Source: Dimorphilus gyrociliatus
Taxonomy: Eukaryota > Animalia > Annelida
Length of the DNA: 64,000 nucleotides
NCBI GenBank assembly: GCA_904063045.1
Contig: CAJFCJ010000013.1
Span: forward strand, 418,623 to 482,622
Direction of reading: 5' to 3'
Shown: positions 38,401 through 51,588 of the stretch, one piece after another
Layout of the letters: each line of letters opens with the position of its first letter
How positions within the stretch are numbered: position 1 is the first letter of the stretch
Notes under the pieces: generated by a model
Seen by the model: the letters and a program-made list of their open reading frames with translations, nothing else
Database searches by the model: none
What the model was told of the DNA's origin: nothing
Made by a program: the position numbers and the translations under genes

Positions 38401-39151
38401 ATGTCTTCAGTAAAACAGTCTTGCTTGTTACTCCAAAAACAACTCGCAGGTACGTTAATAGTAAAATAAGAGATAAAAAAAAGAAGTACAATATATAGTA
38501 CAAAAAATTACGTCTTTTTTTTTTCTAATGATTTATCTAGAGTATGATACATTTCACAATCCTGTCGGACAGGCTGTGTTATTATCTATGTAGTCTATAC
38601 ATTCTATAATTCTTTTCGTTCCAGAATTACAAAAAAATCCAAATGGAGGATTCTCAGCTGGTCTTATAGACGATGATAATATTTACAAATGGGAAGTCTT
38701 GATATATGGACCACCAGATACATACTAGTTTGTCATATTTTTTCCATGTAACAATAATTTATTTATTCTAATGATACGAATTTAAAACAGCGAAGGAGGA
38801 TTTTTCAAAGCGCATCTGACTTTTCCCGAAGAGTATCCTCAGAGACCCCCTAAAATGGTATTTGTTAGCGAAATTTGGCATCCGAATATCGAACAAAATG
38901 GTGATGTTTGTATCTCTATACTTCACGAGCCAGGCGAAGATAAGTATGGATACGAAAACGCAAACGAACGCTGGTCGCCTGTTCATACTGTAGAAACAAT
39001 AATGATGAGCGTAATATCGATGTTGGCTGACCCAAACGCGGATTCCCCTGCCAATGTCGACGCTGGAAAGGATTGGCGTGAAAATAAAGAAGAGTTTCGG
39101 AGAAAAGTCAGCAAATGCGTTCGAATGAGCCAAGAGAGCGCATTTGACTAG
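38401..39151 (+). CDS. UBE2G1: Ubiquitin-conjugating enzyme E2 G1, 3 exons
   Basis: LLLQKQLA|ELQKNPNGGFSAGLIDDDNIYKWEVLIYGPPDTY|EGGFFKAHLTFPEEYPQRPPKM..WHPNIEQNGDVCISILHEPGEDKYGYE..ERWSPVHTVETIMMSVISML, including the UBE2G acidic insertion. Confidence 0.93.
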
Positions 39152-40646
39152 ATGTTGGCCGTGTATGACATTGGCTTTTGCCTTATATGTCGCAGCTGGG
39201 AATGAACTTGTGATTCTTATAGACTGCGTAATTAATCACTGTTATGTGTAAAATGTAATGCAGGAGCTAATTTATGCACGTTAATCAGGAAAATTTTTAT
39301 TTAAGATCTTAAGGATAATTTCGCTTTCATTTTTCATCTTACAAAAATTTACTGTAATACAGCGATTGTCTGACATTTTATAAGCTTTAACGTCCATTCA
39401 ATAGCTTTTTATTAAGTATCTTGGCCAATATTCTCTATTATTTGAAACAAAACACTTTCAGATTACAACGGTTAAATAACCACAAATAGTTTTCTAACTT
39501 TTTGTTTTTCTAAATAGCTCATTATCTATTTTTCCTGTTTTTTTTTGTTTATATACAGTATATTCTTCAACTTCATTCAAAATTTTTATACTATTTAATT
39601 AACTCTCTTTTTCTTCTTCTCTTCCCTATACGGATATTTAATAAGTTTTGTTTTCTTAATAGAAAACCCCATGTAATTAGACTCATCGCTAAGCGTCTAG
39701 AGACTAATATGTAATTAATGAAAATACACTGTACGGATGATGGTTAAGACAAATGACCTTTGATACAGGTCATAACTTTCTTATTCTCTCCTCTAAACAG
39801 GTTACCTTTTGGTTCAAAAACCTCAATCGACCCATCTAACCTTTGTTAAATCGATAGATGGCAGTAGAGGGCAGGGGGCAGGGAAGATAAAAAACTATAA
39901 TAATGCAATATGAGAAAGAAAGAGGGAGAGAGAGGAGTTTTTTTAAACGTTCCCAGTACTTTAGAAAGCGATATCATAAAATAACAATTCCAAAGTAGTC
40001 AATTAATAAGTGTATTTATAGATATAAGAAAAAACCAACACAAGTAGAAGTTTAAATGAGTAAGTGAAATGTTATCGTTATCTCCTCTTGTTCATGTTTA
40101 ATCCATGATTTTTTTCATATCAAAATTGGCAAGTCACTTTAATTTTTTTTGTATAGAAAGAAAACAATTTTCATTCATTTGTTTTATCTAATTGCCAATG
40201 ATTTAACGTTTAAAATGCCGATATTTTATACTAAAGAAGGAAAATTATCATACAAATTACATGAAATTAATTAAATTTTGCAGTAGTATTTCTAGCCTAC
40301 ATAGAAATCAATGGTATTTAATCTTTGGTACTATAAATATCTTAATTATCTACTAGTATAATAGCACTTTTTCCTTATGTATGGTACATCTATATATTTT
40401 ATTGTAAATGTCTATTTATTATGAAAAAAATGTCTCTTGCCTCGATAGTATTATTCCGATTACATATAAGTTGAATAATGGTTGAGATTTTTTAAGAATC
40501 CACAAAAGTTTTCGGGTTGTAGGAAGTATTTTCATATGAAAAAAAGATAGGCTATATTTTCTGATAAAAGCTTTGCTTGTAATGTCGTTAATTTCTTCAT
40601 AGACGTGAAAAGGATTTATAATTTTCAGATGTCTTAATAATATTCG

Positions 40647-42186
40647 ATGGGTCAACGAAAGGTGGCGGCGTCGTCGAAAATTATATGTAAATGAAAGCGG
40701 TAGCAAAGCGACGCAAAAAAAAACCGATTTCCAATTGATCCCAACAGTGACGATGGCTTCCAATTTCGCTCCGGAATTAATATTTTTATTATTCAAAGCT
40801 GGGGATGCCATGCTTGAACCAACTTTAAAACTGTTTCTTTACGAATCAGTTCAGCAGTCCGGTGAGAATGATGCGACAGCACAAGAAAGAGGAGCAACTT
40901 ATATGTTATTGCACAAGATTGTTATAAATTTACCAGCATTAGTATTAGGCTTAGTATGTGGTGCGTGGAGTGATAAAGTTGGAAGAAAGTTGCCCATGAT
41001 GTTACCTTGTGTCGGAGCAGTTCTTGGCGCTCTGGCCTATATCGGTAGTGAAATGTTTTACCCTCATATTCTTCCGTTAGTGTTGGTGGGAGCAGCCGTC
41101 CGAGGGTTATTGGGAAAATCAGCCGTAATTAGCATGGCATTACACTCGTATATTACGGATACAACTAGTACGGTTAGTCGCACTACGAGATTGGCAAGAT
41201 TATTATCTATGAATTACTTTGGTTATTTTTTCGGCTCCCTATTAGCTGGAATTTTACTAGATGTCGTAAGATTCAACATTGTATTCAGTATTGTAGGACT
41301 TATTAACGCTATTACATGCCTAATAATTGTATTCTGTCTAGAAGAGACATCTGAACTAGGCATTGCCAATTCCGATCTTTTCTCCATACAAAATATGAAA
41401 GAATCGTTTAGTGTTTTAACCAAGGAAAGATCGCAGCGATTTCTTTTACTTTCATTCATAAGCTTGGTAACGCTCTGGCAAGTTTGCAAAGCTGGCGAAG
41501 TGGATGTCACATTGTTGGTTGTCGAACGAAAACCGTTGAATTGGCGTCACGCTTTATATGGCTACCTATTGGCTGCCGATTACGCTTGTTTAGGTCTCGG
41601 TGTGTTGTGTTTACTGCCAATATTATCAAAAAGAATGCATGATGTGAGCTTGGTACTAATAGGTATCTTCTTCAAGTTTGGTCGCGTCATTTGTATAGCC
41701 GTTGGCGGTAGTTCATACGTGATGTTTGCTTCCGTTGTCGTTGGAGCTCCTGCCTCAATGGTTGTATCCGGTAGTAAGTCAATCGTATCCAAGCTTGTTC
41801 AGTACGACGAAGTTGGGAAGATATTTTCTCTTATGTCCACCGGCGAAACAGTATCTAATTTAATAGGAGCTGTTATATTTACGACCGTTTATAAGATAAC
41901 ACTTCCAATATGGCCTCCAACGGTCTTTGTAATTGAAGCTGTTTTCTTCTCATTATTATTCTTGGTTATTCTATGCCAAGCTTCACATATTAAACAGTGT
42001 ACTCCTAATGAAGATGAAACCTGTAATGAAAGTAAAAGGGACAAAACTCCACTCATCCCAAATATTAAACATACACCACCCACACCAGAAAAATTTAGCG
42101 ACCCAACGTACTCATCGACTGTCGAGAAACACGTGTCTTTTTCGGATTGTTTAATCGAGAAAAAGCATACCGTTCGCTTCAATTAA
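40647..42186 (+). CDS. MFS transporter of the SLC46 (proton-coupled folate transporter / PCFT-like) family; probable short first exon 40647-40686 and main exon 40748-42186
   Basis: About 12 hydrophobic segments; GAWSDKVGRK (MFS motif A), SYITDTTS...RT.R and SKLVQYDEVGKIFS, typical of SLC46. Confidence 0.8.
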
Positions 42187-45100
42187 ACTCTTTATCATTA
42201 TAAAAGGATGATATTGGTCGATTTTCTTCATGTATTTTGGGTTTAAGAACATAAGGGTAATATAAAAATCAAGGGCGTTTGTCAATTGGTAATTATTGAT
42301 CTGTCTCAGGCGTCATGTGCTTTTGACTGTAGAGCATAGTTTCTAGTCGTTAACCTAAACCTACTCTATCCTTATACTGAAATACAAAATTGTTATGGCC
42401 CTGTTCCACTGGCATGATCACTATTACTTATTTCTATCTTACATGGCAATTTCGCTATTTTCAAGTTTTAGGAAATGGAAAGTCGATTTTCACTTTTCCT
42501 TTTTAACAATGAACATTTTATAGACTTTTTTCGATCGCCCTTCCTTTTCCTTTAAAGGGCAGCGTTAAACAAATACCGTTACCATATAAGGTAATTTTGC
42601 TGTTTTCAGGTTTTTATATTTGAAAATTGCTTGGAGTGTTTTTTGTTGCGAAAAAAACAATAATCAAACTAGTTTATATTATTACCTTGCCCTATCCCCT
42701 AAAGGATAATTCAACAAAAAATATAGTTCTTGAACATAAAAAACGTGTCCATTTTCCATTTGTATTACTCCGTTGTGACTCTACTCAATTCTTACATAAA
42801 CACTTAGTATAAAAAATTGTTTTTTGGAGCAAACTGCGAAAGTAGTCCGATAAGCAAATTTTCAGTGTATAAAAAGGGCAAAATTTTCAGTGTTAATCGG
42901 AGTCTTGGCTTTGTCCAGGGTATCCCGATGTGGAAGTAAGTATTCAGAATGAAATACTAGAACTTGGACGAATTCTAAAGTTTTCTTTCTCTTTCTTCTA
43001 GCTCTTTCACAGAAGTCTGCATCTATTTCGTCGTCATAAGGAACATTTCAATGTTATCGTATTGCAACAGTTGTTTTTTGCTCCTGCTCTGGTCCGGTCT
43101 TCCACCGAGAAGTACGTGTATCTGCCCTCGTGATTCCGGATCGGATAGAAAATTTTTCACTTGCTGAAAGCTTGCCAATGTCTTCCCTCTCCCTTTCATT
43201 GGGGGCTGGGTTGATAGGCATGCCTTTCGGAGTGTGACTATGTAACCTTGTTATGGCACGAAGACAATCTATACACTTTCCACAAAAAAACCTCTCCTTT
43301 TGGATGGGTGATACAATTCGCTAAAATCCTTTATTTTCGTGATTGATTGGATGCAATATTAATATTTCGACAAACTTCTTACAAAAAATGAGGAAGATCT
43401 GAAAGCAAATTATTTGTCTTTTGTTTTGTCAAAATTATAAATAATAAGTGACCAATACAATATAAACTTTGTTTCTTGAAACACACCTTTCGCCTTTTTA
43501 CATTTTAATAGGAATATGTAAAATGCAAATACAATATTTTAGATGTTATAATATATGCATTGATAAATCAAAATAGTCGTATCACGTCTAATATCCCTTT
43601 TCTAAATGAGAGTCGATTTTTTATTATATTCTTAGAAATTTTTTTTCTTGAAAATTCGCACCTTTTTATAAACCAATAATTTAATTAGTCATTGGGAATT
43701 CTCCTCGAACGGAAACTCCTAATAAATATCTTTCCTTTCTTTTGGCTAGAAAATTGATTATAATGCTTGATGAATATACAAATAGCCATATGTCAGATTT
43801 GATCAAATGAATTTATTCATTTCTTATCATTCTGCACAACAATAAAGAAATAACATGTTTTAATTGTTTTCGATTCGCTAACACGGAGAAAAGGTTTGCT
43901 TTGACACTCTGGCAAAGTAGGTCGTTTCAATGTCAAATATATTGTCTTTAAACCCAATAAACTAGTCGGAAAAGTTATCTAAACTACGAATTACCATAAT
44001 TATTTATACGTATAAACGTTCGATATAATTGATTCCAGTGAGAGAAAATCTAATTTTCATAAATAACGAAAGGAACATTTAAAAGGTTTGTAACTGAAAA
44101 CGACATCTATGGGATATAAAAATGTGTTTTTGTTAAAGAGAGTTTTCTCTTGGAGAACACAATGAATATTGGGTTAAAGATTACGCTGGAAAAAGTTCCA
44201 AAAATACTGACCAACTGTCTCTTCTATTCTTCACTAGCTTATAAATAGTTTCTCCTTTAAAATGACTTAAAGAAATTCTTCTTACGATTTCAAATCTTTT
44301 TTCTTGAGCCAATCTAATTCGAATGCTCCAACTTTCCAAAGTGACTTGGGTAAGCTACATTACTGACTACGTCATATCCTTCTTTAATATTTAATATTGA
44401 TACGTAGGCCTATTTGAAAAATTTTTTGAAGGAAAAAACGTCTCTTTTTTTAAATTCAAATTTATTGTAATTTTCTTTATTTAGATGTATGAAAAGAGGT
44501 AAATAAACTGCTTTAATAGAATTATAAAAGGCTTTGAAAGGAAAGAAAAAAAAAAGAGAAGCTAATAGAGTATCCATATAAAATTCCTAAGAGACATTTT
44601 AAAAAGTTATGGTTAACAAATGTTAGGTAAAATTACACTTGAAATGTTATAGTTTTCATTTTTGATTGTTGTTCTATTTATAAAATAAGGATAACGATTA
44701 GTTAAGGTTCCTTTATTGTGACTACTTTCAGGGGATTTAAAATAGTACCTTATTTTTTTGCGAACGTGAAAGAAAATGAAAATGTACTAAACAACTGAAA
44801 ACACAGTGATAGCCCATATCCAATTAATGACGAACTTAATAGTTACTTATATTTTGTACATTGCGGTACTTATATGGTATAAATATCAAAACTCTATTGT
44901 AAGGGGAAAGAAATAATGTTCATGGCTTTAAAATTTGATTTTTTTGCTTGACATTTATTATAAAGCAATTTATTACTGCCTGATTATGGTGAACATCTTT
45001 TTTCACAGCTAATTGTTTAATTGCGTTAGATTGTGTAGCATTAATAAGCCGTACAACCTTCAATATGTTTAGTTCTTTTTTGAAAAATTAATTTTATTTT

Positions 45101-45869
45101 TTACTTGACATACAAAGATATATAATTTTTAAATATTATGATTTTGTCGTCGTGACAGAGGCATAAAAAGCTTCTTTTGTTTGAATAAAAACAGAGAAAT
45201 GTAGTCGAACTATTCTGGAGGCTAGTGACCGTTTAACCGCCGAATAATTACCGGTGAAAAAAGTTACCGGTAAAAAATTATAAAAAAAATCATTTATTTT
45301 AAAGATAATAAATGATATTAATTACTGACTTAATATTAAAAAAATCAAAATCAAAATCAAAAACCGGTTCCGGTACGGGAACCAGATTATTCATCATTAG
45401 AAATACGCGTCGCCTGAAGTCGAAGTTAAATGGATAATTCTCCAGACTCAGAAACGGTAACATACTATTTATTAGGTTTAAGGCTTCTATAAACTTTTAT
45501 CTAACCATTGACGACGTATTGCTGCAATTTGTTTACTTTTCATCGACTTTGGTTACCCTTTAAAATTTCACTATGACCACGGAGATTTTGTATAAAGTTT
45601 CGTGCATATAATTTTTATTTTTTAGCTATTTTAGATAAAGATATATTTTTCTCCTTTAACAAATTACTTACTTTAATTAGAAATCAGCTTTGTCTTTTTT
45701 CTACATTTTAAACTAGGGATTATTATTTATTGTATACAATTTGCCTTTGTGAGATATTGGTAACCAGTCTTCAATTTTATTGTCTAAAGTTTGAATTTGG
45801 CTGATATTAGGTTAATTTTTTCTATATTTTCTTATTCTTTGTTTGTTTCAGGACGCTCAACCCAAAAGG

Positions 45870-48589
45870 ATGATATCTTCGAATGAATTGGACTCGATAC
45901 AAAAAGACTTAAAAGCAGCTATCCAGAATCATGCAGTATGTACAGAGGCCATATACACTTTTTTAACATTATCACTTTAGTTCAAACTAACCGTTCATAG
46001 TTGGAGGAAAATCTCTCCTCTGCTTTTTTGTTTTTGCTTGTTCATAGAGAATCCATTATTAGAGTTCGTACTAACTTCACATGGCACAAAATTAACCTAA
46101 ACTAGTTTTAGTTTTTTAGTCAGTGGCACAATCTAGATTAGATTCCTCTATATTCGGTATAATAAGATTTATAAATTTTTCCATTTTTTTAGGCTCTTGG
46201 TATTAAAGCAAAACAATTTCCGGATGTAAGTAGCGTATGTTAATGATTTATGCCTGTTCAGTTTATTTGAAACTTAAACTAAAAAAAAATAATATATCTT
46301 GCCTCTGTGATTCTACTTATTTTCATTTCTTCAGATAATTGTTTTCTCTTTAGTTTTCTCTCTTTCTTTCATTTATTTCTAATTCTTTCTGCTGAGATGA
46401 TTCTTAAAAAAAAAAAGAAAATTTAACGTGTACCACATTTTATTTACAAGTTACATAATTTGTCAAAATTGCAGGATAAATCTATTCGAGTAGAACTAGA
46501 TGGACTTGCAGAAAAAATTATGGTCTTAAACGATAAACAGGTATTTTGGTATTTCATTTTTTTTTTTTAAACCTAATTTATACATTTTTTCTCTATCCGA
46601 AAATAGAAAGAAGTTGTGAATAAAATAAGGCAGCTATCGAATGCAACAAAGCAAAATAAACAGGAGGTTTGTTATTCAATTAAAGTTGTTTAGAGATTAT
46701 TTTATAAATTATACTTTCATTGATGTCTCAGGCGCCAGCGATTTTGAGTAAAGTTTCGATTATGAGTAGAAGACCAAATGTTTCGAGGAGCCCATCTATT
46801 TTGTCTCCGGCAAAATCTCCAAACAGAAATTTACCCTCACCAAAAGTGCAAATAGCTTCTAATTTCCCTGCTCAACACAAACCTCGGAAGTCTGAACTGA
46901 AACCTCGATGCCATTCTCCGCCTATTAAGGTAAACCACATCAAATACTAAGGTTATTATTTGAGAAAGAATAAGCTGTTTTATGAAAACAGGTCCCTTCT
47001 TTCCAACCATCAACGCCTCCTTCCCCGGCAACACCACCCATAAATCGATCTCCTTCTATTACGCCGAGTAAAAAAGCCAAAATGTACAACGCTCCAAAAG
47101 TTCGATCTGTAGAAAAGAGGACTAGTCCTCCTCCTGATAATACAATGGAACATGAAGAACCTGTATACCCTTTTAGCAATGGTTGGCTAAGTTCCGAAAA
47201 GAATCCCGAAAAGAGTGCCGAATTACAATTTATGTGGAGTTTGAAATTAGTACCTATTGCCCAAGCAGAGGGTAAGAAAAAAATTATTAATAAATATTTT
47301 AACTAACTGCAAAACGTTCAAAAGAAATGAGGAAACGACGTTCAGAAAGGAAGCGGAGGAGCACTGCTAATCCTCAATTTAGTTATAGTAACTCTGCGGG
47401 TGGAGATGTAAGTAAAGTCCTTTGTTTTCTTGTTAACTTTATATTTGAAAGTTAATTAACTTCGCACGATAACAACGAAACAAAAAAATTCATTCTTTTT
47501 AATTGCATTTTTAATTTATCAAACTTCTTTTGTTGCCATAGTAATTCTTTTACCCGTTTCGTCTTATCTCGAGTTTAAATTTTTTCCTATTTTTACTTAA
47601 ATAATAATTATTCAGAGATTTCGAGGAAGAAAGTACTATTCCGTAATTAAAGCGGTAAAACCTTTGAAATATTAGGTGCATCCTATTTTCAATTTATTAT
47701 TCATATTCTAAACGGAGCTTACTTAATAACGTATATTGTACAATAAAAAGCTAGTTCAGTAAAAGATAATCGAAAACGAAGAAGAATTATGCTACTATAT
47801 GTTCCAGATCATTTACAGCTTTAAAAAGACACTTGAATAGATTGTAATATTACGCATAGTTTTAATATATTTTTTTACTTTTTTTTTCAACTAATCAGAA
47901 TTAATGCTAAAACTATTATTCGTACTAATTATATAAAATTTATTATGTCTGCTATTTATTAATATGTTCGTTATAATTTTTGTTATTTTCCTCAATTATT
48001 CTTGAGTACAATTTTTATTTTTTGTGCTTTTTTTTTTTATATATTCCCTCGCCCCCTCCCCCCCTTCCTTTCACACACAGTCCTCTTTAAACAAGTACTT
48101 GTGCAATTGTCCAGTTTTTCTGTTTTGTTATTCAAAGGCTAATTACTTTTCTCTTTTTATTTCAACAGTTATCTGACCGGCGACCAAAATCTTCTAGTTT
48201 TTATCATACGTTGAGTTCTCGTATGAGATGTAAGATATAGTTATAAAAGAGATTGACTTTTTTCTAAAAGTTTTCATTTAATTTTATTACAGCTCTTGAA
48301 GATGAAAAGTCATCATTAACAGATAGTATTGAAAAAAGTCGAACTAATGTTAGGAATATGAAAACAAATAGTGAAAACAAAAAGAAAAAAGCTGATGTAA
48401 ATGTCATTTATCTTATTATTACAGAAATTATTCTTTCATTTAATTAAGCCTTTTATAACCATCTCTCTTTTACTTTTACAGGAATTAGTTAGCATAAATA
48501 AATCGAACCAGGTAAAGTTAAAAAAATTGGAGCAATATCTATTAGCAATTCAACAACTCGTTCCGAGTCCTAGTCCTCCAAGTGAATGA
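45870..48589 (+). CDS. PHF21A: PHF21A/BHC80-like protein; N-terminal coiled coil, RKRRSTANP motif and C-terminal coiled coil present, no PHD finger seen
   Basis: Spliced exons ELDSIQKDLKAAIQNHA|ALGIKAKQFPD|DKSIRVELDGLAEKIMVLNDKQ|KEVVNKIRQL match the PHF21A N-terminus; PEKSAELQFMWSLKLV..RKRRSERKRRSTANP matches PHF21A FMVSLGLV..RKRRTTANP; final coiled-coil exons end at TGA 48587-48589. Confidence 0.72.
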
Positions 48590-49475
48590 ATTCATCTCCT
48601 CATTAATATCGTTATAATTATTATTATAATTATGTTCATTGTGCGAGAAGGTGCTAAAATGATTTTTTTCAAATTATTTGAAGACACCTGCCTCTATAGG
48701 TTTTAAAATCAAACTCTTCCGCTTGATATAGCAAATTATGATTATTTTAACTTTATTATTTATTACCTATCATTTTAGTGCCGAATCTTTAAAACATCCT
48801 ATCTGTCTTTTTAGTAAAAAGAGATGAAAACACATTTTTTTTATTGTTAAAAAAAGTGTTCTACTGAGAAAAAATACTTGTTGTTACGATATTTTTCATT
48901 GATATATATCATACTAGTCATATGATATTTCTTTGTTCACGTTTTTCTTATATCCATTCATTGTATGGAGTTTATCATAATTTTTTTTTTTGGGAAAATT
49001 AAGTACCTTTGTAAATGGATAGAATTATTTACATTCAAAAATATATGGATATACTTTATATCTCTATGTACAATATCAAGTATATTGTATATATAGATGT
49101 TTTTATGAAATTTTTGTTTTTCCATTATTTTATGGAATTACTCTTTTTTTTTGAATTAGATGATTTTCAAAAGTTTGTTAATGTGTCGTTTTTGGTCTAC
49201 GATGTAAATGTTTAAAATGTTTGTTGTTATTTTTTTTCCCAAAAAAAAAGAAAGTAAAAAAGAATAATTATTTAAAATTGGGAAAGCTTTTTTCCTAATT
49301 TCATAAAAATGTATCATCAATTTTTAATACATGTAAAAAAACAGAAAAAATATGTAAAACGATTACTTTTTTGGACAATGAATACATTGGCATCAACAGA
49401 ATAAAATTTTATATTTGTATATTTACGTATATAACTAAACGTTATGCTTGAACGATAAAATCTAATAATCGTAAT

Positions 49476-50882
49476 TTAAAAAGTATTCTTAAATTTTTGA
49501 TGAGATTTTACATCGATTACCTTGAGTTTAGGCGAAATCTTATCCAAACCCGATAATTTTATCACTTGTTGTTTTGGATTACTTTGCAACAGCTTTAGAA
49601 CATGAGAAATGTCCATAAAACGTCTAACTTTATGAATTGGGGCTTTTTCGAATAACAGTCTTAACTTTCTTGGAATGAGTGAGTTTTCAAAGAAACTTGA
49701 TTCTCTGTATGAAAAATTATGAGCCAATTTTCTTATATGAAGATTTTTCGTATGAAAAATATGCCATAAAGAACACCCCGGTAAACAAATGGATGATCGG
49801 CAATTACAAGAAAACTTTGGCAGAATCAAAATGCGCTTTGTTATATTTGCTAGTTGAATAGCGTTCTCCAAATGTTTTAAACTATTTTTGTTATTAATTT
49901 CTGAGGATATCACCAAATATTTAGCTGCTTCATTTGTATAATAACCACGGGTATTTACTGACCACTTTTTCAATTCCTTCAGAATATAGATTCGACTCTC
50001 GCTATCCTTAGGACAGTTATTTCCCCAAAGAAAGCCATTCCAGCTTTTCTTTAATTGGAAGCCTCTTGTTAAATTACAATCAAGCGTAGGCAGAATATCA
50101 TCTAGTTTATAGATTTTATATTTTCTTTTATGAGTTTTAAGTACCTCACGTAGAGCGTTTTCCCTTGACATTTTCTTGGATAAAGCACCAACCTGTTTCA
50201 GTAGAGTTACAACTTTCTGACTTGAATAGAGAGATATTGGAATAAAATCATTGGAACCATAATTAAGTCCAAGATCGAAATTTTTCGACGGTAGATGCGG
50301 ATGTCTCAAAATAAGACTGTCAACTAAGGATATCATAACGGAGTACGTCTGACCAATCGATTTGCTGGCTGAGTAGAATGCACAGTTATTAAATGATAGA
50401 TAGCGACTGTCAACTTTTGGAATTTTACAAGGTAGACAAGGAATATCACGTTTAATCGACCATAAGCTATCGCAATCCTTTTTATGTTCGGCCATCAAAA
50501 AATAACTGGAGAACTTTGCATTTTGAGCATGAAGTGCGTAGTTGACTGCTTGTTCTACAGTTGAATGGTTGAATAAGGCAATAGTAACTTTCTTATGAAC
50601 AGTTGCACGCGCGCGTAAGGCCCCATAAAGCGAAACAAACTTAAACTTGCTTCTATCAAATGTCCTATTCTTATGCTGGCGAGAGTATTTTACAATTGGT
50701 ACTTTATATCTTAATCTAGCTAAGGAAAGCTGTTGGTGTCGTTGTCCATCATCAAACAATGACATAAAGAGATAAATTGAAAACACTACAGCGGTTATTA
50801 GAGCTGTTGATCGTAAGAAGCTACCTGTAACTAAAATAGGTTGATAAAACAATCTATTTGTTACTTGCATAAATACATACAT
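49476..50882 (-). CDS. Intronless type II membrane glycosyltransferase-like protein (nucleotide-diphospho-sugar transferase-like N-domain plus O-fucosyltransferase-like C-region)
   Basis: N-terminal TM (ALITAVVFSIYLFMSLF), a GT-like segment (TIALFN...AVNYALH...YFLMAEHKKDCDSL...YSVMISLVDSLILRHP) and a C-terminal LENAIQLANITKRILILPKFSC resembling the O-FucT 'Al.lA..lnRtLvlP.f.C' motif. The family call is from memory. Confidence 0.5.
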   Translation of the reverse strand: MYVFMQVTNRLFYQPILVTGSFLRSTALITAVVFSIYLFMSLFDDGQRHQQLSLARLRYKVPIVKYSRQHKNRTFDRSKFKFVSLYGALRARATVHKKVTIALFNHSTVEQAVNYALHAQNAKFSSYFLMAEHKKDCDSLWSIKRDIPCLPCKIPKVDSRYLSFNNCAFYSASKSIGQTYSVMISLVDSLILRHPHLPSKNFDLGLNYGSNDFIPISLYSSQKVVTLLKQVGALSKKMSRENALREVLKTHKRKYKIYKLDDILPTLDCNLTRGFQLKKSWNGFLWGNNCPKDSESRIYILKELKKWSVNTRGYYTNEAAKYLVISSEINNKNSLKHLENAIQLANITKRILILPKFSCNCRSSICLPGCSLWHIFHTKNLHIRKLAHNFSYRESSFFENSLIPRKLRLLFEKAPIHKVRRFMDISHVLKLLQSNPKQQVIKLSGLDKISPKLKVIDVKSHQKFKNTF

Positions 50883-51588
50883 ATTCGTGGCATTTTAAGT
50901 CAGAAGCTGATATTTCTTCAGTACTTCACTTCACATTGGTTTTTTTGAAGAATTCGGTCATTATTTTGTTCCAGATGTGAATTATTGCCAATTTAGACAA
51001 GTGCTCTAAAAAATAAAGGGAAAAGTATACCAGTTTTCGTTGAATGGTATGTCTAAAATACGGTTATTAATTTCAAAGTCTATAAATATAAAAAAAAATA
51101 GCCCATAAAATAATCTATATAAAACAAATTCAAACGTTAATCTGTTAATACAAGTACTTTAAGAAATATATGTCCAGCAATTATTTATTTCGCAAAATGT
51201 TAGACCCTCATATCAGGACTTTTTTTTACATAACGAAGGTCAGTAAATTGTTGTTCGGGCCATATTTTAGTCATTTTTCTCCGTTAATAATTTACTTTTA
51301 TAAAAATCGGAAAAAATTCAAGTTTCTTTTTAATATTTTAAAATAAAACCGATTTTATTTATTTGTTTCGGACAGATTTTGTTAATATATACTGAGAAAT
51401 TTCTGAAATAGAATTTCTTTCAATTTAAATTGTCAATATTATATGAAGTACTCAACGTCTCCATCGAAGTTTCTAGACTAACGGTTAGTGGATAGATCAC
51501 AAGATCCGAAAAAAGTCATTTTTCACATCTCAAATTTTACCTGACCATTCTCACAAAGAAGTTTCCAATAATTAGCTTTTATGTAGCT

